Below are positions 59,384 through 64,000 of a DNA stretch of 64,000 nucleotides, in pieces. Numbering within the stretch: the stretch's first letter is position 1; each line of letters starts with the position of its first letter. Both the position numbers and the translations under genes were made by a program. Source of the stretch: Lachnospiraceae bacterium (GTDB lineage: Bacteria; Bacillota; Clostridia; Lachnospirales; Lachnospiraceae); contig SVFH01000014.1 of the NCBI GenBank assembly GCA_015056945.1, positions 171 to 64,170 on the forward strand, in the 5' to 3' direction. Under the pieces are notes generated by a model, which saw nothing but the letters and a program-made list of their open reading frames with translations, had not been told where the DNA came from and did no database searches.

Positions 59384-60268
59384 TTAAAGTATACCGTATG
59401 CTTCCATTGCTGCTTTCAATCTTGCGGTTGTATCTGCTTCCATCTCTGTTAAAGGAAGACGTAATCCGCCTGCTTCCATTCCCATTAAATTCAATGCCTG
59501 CTTTACCGGAATCGGGTTCACTTCGCAGAAAAGGGCTTCTACCAATTCAATTGCATCTAACTGCATCTGTGTGGAACCTGCCACATCTCCGGCAAAGAAT
59601 TTCGCACACAACTCATGTGTCTGGCGGGGCGCCACGTTGGAAAGAACGGAAATAACACCCTTGCCTCCCAGAGAAAGAATAGGAAGAATCTGGTCATCAT
59701 TTCCTGAATAAATGTCGATTTTTCCTTTTGCCAAAGCTGCAATTTTAGCTACCTGGCTGATATTTCCGCTGGCTTCTTTTACTGCTACGATATTCTCACA
59801 TGCTTCACATAATCTTACGATAGTTGCAGGTGCAATATTCATACCGGTTCTGCTCTGTACATTGTAAAGGATAATAGGGATTTTAACCGCATCAGCAACC
59901 GCCTTAAAATGTGCAAACAGACCGTTCTGTGTCGCTTTATTATAGTAAGGAGAAACCAGTAAAAGTCCGTCCGCTCCTGCTTTCTCTGCTTCTGTTGATA
60001 AATAAATCGCTGTCTCCGTACAGTTAGAACCTGTTCCTGCAATAACGGGAATTCTCTTTGCTACTACATCCACACAGTATTTGATTACATCCAGATGCTC
60101 TTCGTGAGTTAAAGTAGATGCTTCACCTGTTGTACCGCATACGATAATCGCATCTGTCTGATTCTCAATCTGGAATTCGATTAACTTTCTGAAGCTTTCA
60201 TAGTTAACGCTTCCGTCCGCATTCATCGGTGTTACAATTGCTGTTCCTGAACCTGTAAAAATTGACAT
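59384..60268 (-). CDS. dapA: 4-hydroxy-tetrahydrodipicolinate synthase
   Basis: AIVTPM, GTTGE, AGTGSN, PYYNK, LYNV.SRT, VKEASG, YSGND, NPIPVK. Confidence 0.96.
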   Translation of the reverse strand: MSIFTGSGTAIVTPMNADGSVNYESFRKLIEFQIENQTDAIIVCGTTGEASTLTHEEHLDVIKYCVDVVAKRIPVIAGTGSNCTETAIYLSTEAEKAGADGLLLVSPYYNKATQNGLFAHFKAVADAVKIPIILYNVQSRTGMNIAPATIVRLCEACENIVAVKEASGNISQVAKIAALAKGKIDIYSGNDDQILPILSLGGKGVISVLSNVAPRQTHELCAKFFAGDVAGSTQMQLDAIELVEALFCEVNPIPVKQALNLMGMEAGGLRLPLTEMEADTTARLKAAMEAYGIL

Positions 60269-60340
60269 ATAATCCTCCATTCCGCCCTTCGCGGGCAATA
60301 AAAGTTAATTTCTGAAGAGGCTTCTCACTTCAAAGTTGTC

Positions 60341-60508
60341 TGATTCCACGGATTGCTCCGCGCTGTCGCACTCTCGCAATCCTTCACAACATTCGCATAT
60401 CGCGGAGCTTACGCCCCGCTTTTATGCTCATGTTGTGGCGTGTACCAAATTCATAAAACCACTTATGTGCTAGCACATGTGGTTTATGAGCTTGGTACAC
60501 TGGAATCA
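60341..60508 (-). repeat. Structured repeat family B, copy 2
   Basis: TGATTCCA...TGGAATCA closing inverted repeat with three internal hairpins; homologous to 26885-27051. Confidence 0.88.
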
Positions 60509-60568
60509 AAAAAAGACGCATAGCGCGCCAATATTATATTCCGTACGTACTTTCCGTCCGAATAATAT

Positions 60569-60737
60569 ATGATAGCGCCCCATCTAAAACCAGATGACAG
60601 TCATACAGTTCTTCACTGTATGCCCAAGACTCGACTTTCAGGCCATCTCCTCTTTCGGCGTCTTCCCCTTTCCTTCTTTCCTCATCTGTGCCTGTCACAT
60701 CCAAAAGAATTACTGTTGAAAAACGCAACCTCTACCT
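60569..60737 (-). ncRNA. Lysine riboswitch
   Basis: GGTAGAGGTTGCG, AGTA, GAAAGG, GCCGAAA, TTGGGCAT, ACTGTC, GGGGCGCTATC; upstream of dapA; TTGACA-17-TATTAT promoter (-35 at 60787-60782). Confidence 0.92.
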
Positions 60738-60801
60738 TTATTTTCTGTTGTTAAAGGGATAATAGCATTAACAATCTGCTTTGTCAATGCTATTTTCTCT
60801 T

Positions 60802-61449
60802 TTATCGATGTGTTTCGATATCTGTTCCGGGAATTCTTACGTATACAGAATAGTCATCCACTTCAAACTCTATGGATTCTGCATTCTTTGAATTTACCTT
60901 ATCAAGCAACTCATCATAGGAATCCACACCCATTATCATCCGGAAGGACTTTGTGAATTCATTCTCTTCCTCAAACATAATCTCTACATCGAAAATGCCT
61001 CCGTTGCAATAATCCTCCATAAATTCAGCTGATTCTTCATCCGTTACAATCGCAGGATCAATCATCACTGTCACAATAGCTGCTCCGATTGTATCACAAA
61101 GCATCAAATCTTCAGAAGATTTGGCTTTCTGTGTATAATCCATCACCTGGGTTCCCAAAATGCCGCTCATCATAATTACAATGCCCAATATACAGATTAC
61201 TGATATCGCAACACCGATAATACCCATTACCATACCTGTCGTACCGGTAGTCTTGCGGCTCTTTTTACGGGCAATCGCTCCTACTACAATCGCAACAATA
61301 CCACAGATAAAAGAAATAGGTCCAAGGCATCCGATTAACGAAATGACACCGCAAATAATTGCTGCAATTCCTTTTCCCTGGTGTAACTGTTTTAAAGCTG
61401 CTAAATCCTGTAACTCTTGCGAATTCATCGTTTGGTTTTCCATGAACAA
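60802..61449 (-). CDS. DUF4190-type membrane protein with pilin-like C-terminal domain
   Basis: AAIICGVIS..GIVAIVVGAIA..TGMVMGIIG TM block, then KAKSSEDLMLCDTI..A..T...D resembling the pilin at 8218. Confidence 0.65.
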   Translation of the reverse strand: MFMENQTMNSQELQDLAALKQLHQGKGIAAIICGVISLIGCLGPISFICGIVAIVVGAIARKKSRKTTGTTGMVMGIIGVAISVICILGIVIMMSGILGTQVMDYTQKAKSSEDLMLCDTIGAAIVTVMIDPAIVTDEESAEFMEDYCNGGIFDVEIMFEEENEFTKSFRMIMGVDSYDELLDKVNSKNAESIEFEVDDYSVYVRIPGTDIETHR

Positions 61450-61512
61450 TTCCTCCCTTTATTTACTACCGTGATTCTACCCTATTTTTCGTTCAATTTC
61501 AACCAAAACCTC

Positions 61513-62781
61513 TTACTGTTGTTGATAATCCCACACGGCAATGGGGGTTGCCTCATAGACAAAAATCATGCCGTTATACAGTTCGCCCGGTGCAATGCGA
61601 ATCTGATATGTGTTTTTCATCACTTCCATCAGCGGGGAATAACTTTCTCCAAGGCTTCCCGTAGGGATGGCTTTCTCAATAACTCCGGCAAGGTCCGTAG
61701 ACGTTGCAGCCTCGGCAAAATCAAGATAATATACATTTCCTTCCAGTCCTCCTACTGCTGCTGCCAGGGGATCGTCGGAACAAAAGTCATAATCAGCGCG
61801 ACCGTCCTGTGTGGGCAGATTGCAGGTAGTCTTATAAAAGTCTGTTCCAATGACAAAATACTCTTCTCCCAGTTCTTCATGCAGATAAAATCCCATATTA
61901 GTATATGCACTGCTTACCGCTTTTGCCACATGACCGTTATGTCCGGCAATCATCAGCTTCGCACCGTATACTTCCTGCTCACGTTCATATATCCACTTCA
62001 CATTCTCTGCCATGTTTTCATCCCTGATTTGAGAATAGTTGCCCGCCGTCTGTAATTCAATATCCTGCAGCATACACTTTGCGCCCTGCAACGCATATGC
62101 GTATGCCTCTTCATTGATTCCGGCGTACTCTGCCCCCTTCTCCTCTAAATCTGCAACAATTTGATTGAAAATTTCTTCTGCCTCCGAAATTTTATCCGGC
62201 TCATACGCATGGTTTGCCTCATCAAACAGTGTGTCAAATTTTGCACTATATTCCATTGCCTTTTCTGCATCTGTAAGACTGTAAAAATCTGATATAAGGT
62301 ACGCACTTTCGAAATCACGCTGCATGTCAAAACCATATAGTCTGACCTGTTCTCCTTCCTCTGCATTCATATTATAGTCATGCATCCATTCCACAAGCTC
62401 GAGCATCTGATCCGTACGATAGATTTGAAACCCAAGTTTCGCAACAGCCTCCTCTGCGGTTCCATCGTTGTAAAGAATATAGCGGTTTGCCACGGCACAG
62501 CCGCCGAAAGCCCCTTCCAGTGCAAGCGCGCGAACATCCGTGGTTTCCACCAAATGCGCAAAAACATCCAGCTTCAATTCCTGAAATTCCTTATTCCCAT
62601 GTGTCGCCTCTCCAAGCGCAACAATACCGGCTTCTTCCGGAATTGTAATTTCATTCACACCCTTTGCGTATGCAGCAAATTCCTGTGCATTCACAGCATT
62701 GTCGCCACAACCGGTAAGCATCCCCATGCCCATAATCAGTGCTGCTCCGAGACAAATTATTTTCTTCCATTTATTTTTCAT
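61513..62781 (-). CDS. Erythromycin-esterase (EreA/ChaN-like superfamily) lipoprotein
   Basis: LTG|C lipobox, ALGEATHG, YGFDMQ, RDENMAENV.W, GHNGH. Confidence 0.85.
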   Translation of the reverse strand: MKNKWKKIICLGAALIMGMGMLTGCGDNAVNAQEFAAYAKGVNEITIPEEAGIVALGEATHGNKEFQELKLDVFAHLVETTDVRALALEGAFGGCAVANRYILYNDGTAEEAVAKLGFQIYRTDQMLELVEWMHDYNMNAEEGEQVRLYGFDMQRDFESAYLISDFYSLTDAEKAMEYSAKFDTLFDEANHAYEPDKISEAEEIFNQIVADLEEKGAEYAGINEEAYAYALQGAKCMLQDIELQTAGNYSQIRDENMAENVKWIYEREQEVYGAKLMIAGHNGHVAKAVSSAYTNMGFYLHEELGEEYFVIGTDFYKTTCNLPTQDGRADYDFCSDDPLAAAVGGLEGNVYYLDFAEAATSTDLAGVIEKAIPTGSLGESYSPLMEVMKNTYQIRIAPGELYNGMIFVYEATPIAVWDYQQQ

Positions 62782-62805
62782 TTCTGTTTTCCCTTTTCTT
62801 TCCAT

Positions 62806-64000
62806 TTATTTTATTTCTCTTTCTAATCCGACTATTCTTTTGCTTGTGCTGTATGTGGCGATAAAGTATGCTCCATACAATATCACAAGCACAATTACGG
62901 TAGCGGCAATTCCCCATCCGATGTTCTGTCTGGTAACAGAATTAATCACTCTATTTACATAGAGAAGACCAAAAACTGAGTGAATCATAGCACCCAAAAG
63001 CGGCAATCCGAAGTATGCTCCGACCTGACCGAATAAGGCTCTTTTCAGCATGTGGTTTTCGCAACCGATTTTTTTAAGAATCTCATATTTTCCTGTGGAA
63101 TCAATCGCCTCGGAAAGTGCTTTTAAGGCAAGCATTGCCGCACTGGCGATTAAAAATACCACACCGACATAGATTACAAGAAAAGCCACGATCATCGTAA
63201 GGCCGTTATTGGATTCCCTGATATCCATTCCCGTCTCAAAAAACATGGGAGGAATCGGATTCTCGTTCATATAGTTATAGGCCGTATACGTACTTACCGC
63301 ATCCCACAGGCGGTCATTTATTTCTTTGATTTCTTCCCGCCCTTTCACCGAATAATTTCCGCTCATCACGGAACCGGCTCTGTAAATAACTCCCTGCTCT
63401 TTCTCAATCACGGCATCCGGAAGAATGAGAATTCCCGCATTGCTGCTCGTACCTGACATCATCAGATATCCCTCCTCACACTTAGGAAGTGCAGGCTTCA
63501 AAACAGTATTCCCCACCTGCTGGGTTCCACCTTGTGCAAGGTTTCTGTCACGTAATTCCTGTAACAGTAAAAAATTGCAGACAACCAGATATTCATCCTC
63601 TTTTAATTCGAATGTTTCCTTTCCGTACATGGTTGCAAGACGATTATAATCCGATATGCTAAGAATCGTTTCCGGTGTATTCCATCTTGCCGCAGGGAAC
63701 TGTTCCTTCGCAGCATCAATCACGCTTCCGAGCGCCGTTGCCCAGGTTACACTTTCGCAGTTATAAAATGGAATCTCAATATAGTCGTTTGTCCATGTTT
63801 CCGCAGGTATTCCTTCCCGTTCAAAACATTCCGTTACCGTTTCATCTGCCGTATACATGATACTGAAATCCACCGGTGTCATTTCACGTACATTTTGCTG
63901 TAACCGGTACGCTACGGAAATGCCTCCGGAGAAAGTACAAATCATCGCAAAAATCATAAGACAAATTATTCCCATGGAGATTGCAGAAGAATTGATGCTT
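62806..64000 (-). CDS. ABC transporter permease, FtsX/BceB-like (5' end outside window)
   Basis: ICLMIF TM, large extracellular domain, YVGVVFLIAS, YEILKKIG, F.LPL..A..HS. Confidence 0.85.
   Translation of the reverse strand, partial: SINSSAISMGIICLMIFAMICTFSGGISVAYRLQQNVREMTPVDFSIMYTADETVTECFEREGIPAETWTNDYIEIPFYNCESVTWATALGSVIDAAKEQFPAARWNTPETILSISDYNRLATMYGKETFELKEDEYLVVCNFLLLQELRDRNLAQGGTQQVGNTVLKPALPKCEEGYLMMSGTSSNAGILILPDAVIEKEQGVIYRAGSVMSGNYSVKGREEIKEINDRLWDAVSTYTAYNYMNENPIPPMFFETGMDIRESNNGLTMIVAFLVIYVGVVFLIASAAMLALKALSEAIDSTGKYEILKKIGCENHMLKRALFGQVGAYFGLPLLGAMIHSVFGLLYVNRVINSVTRQNIGWGIAATVIVLVILYGAYFIATYSTSKRIVGLEREIK

Noticed and set aside
61513-62781. Macrolide resistance gene ereA/ereB
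   Set aside because: Only superfamily motifs are visible; lipoprotein architecture differs and there is no mobile context

Overview
Chromosomal segment of a Clostridia-class Firmicute, most similar to Lachnospiraceae by gene content and order; most genes are on the minus strand. The housekeeping backbone includes glgC-glgD-spoVG, murC, a dnaD/dnaC-like loader pair, prs, galE, GSIII, the ireB-ruvX-rnj cluster, mtaB, thiI, nifS, rsmE, prmA, recU, ktrAB-like genes and dapA. Three RNA leaders are recognisable: a preQ1-I riboswitch, a T-box with a probable Asn specifier and a lysine riboswitch. No CRISPR array, rRNA, tRNA, transposase or prophage is evident. Main observations: (1) a split putative polyamine-conjugation system. 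One uncharacterised protein family occurs twice, once upstream of a divergent homospermidine-synthase-like gene (with LemA and DUF2207) and once downstream of a glutathionylspermidine-synthetase-like ATP-grasp ligase (with MATE). A second DUF2207 nearby has an almost identical Gly-rich C-terminal tail. (2) An atypical transamidation operon with an AspRS-GatC fusion, a GatA lacking its catalytic triad and an intact GatB. (3) Two families of highly structured dispersed repeats. (4) A DnaA-box cluster upstream of the helicase-loader genes. (5) A DUF4190-type protein carrying a pilin-like domain. (6) Three internally deleted genes. All family assignments come from reading motifs by eye; no database searches were run.
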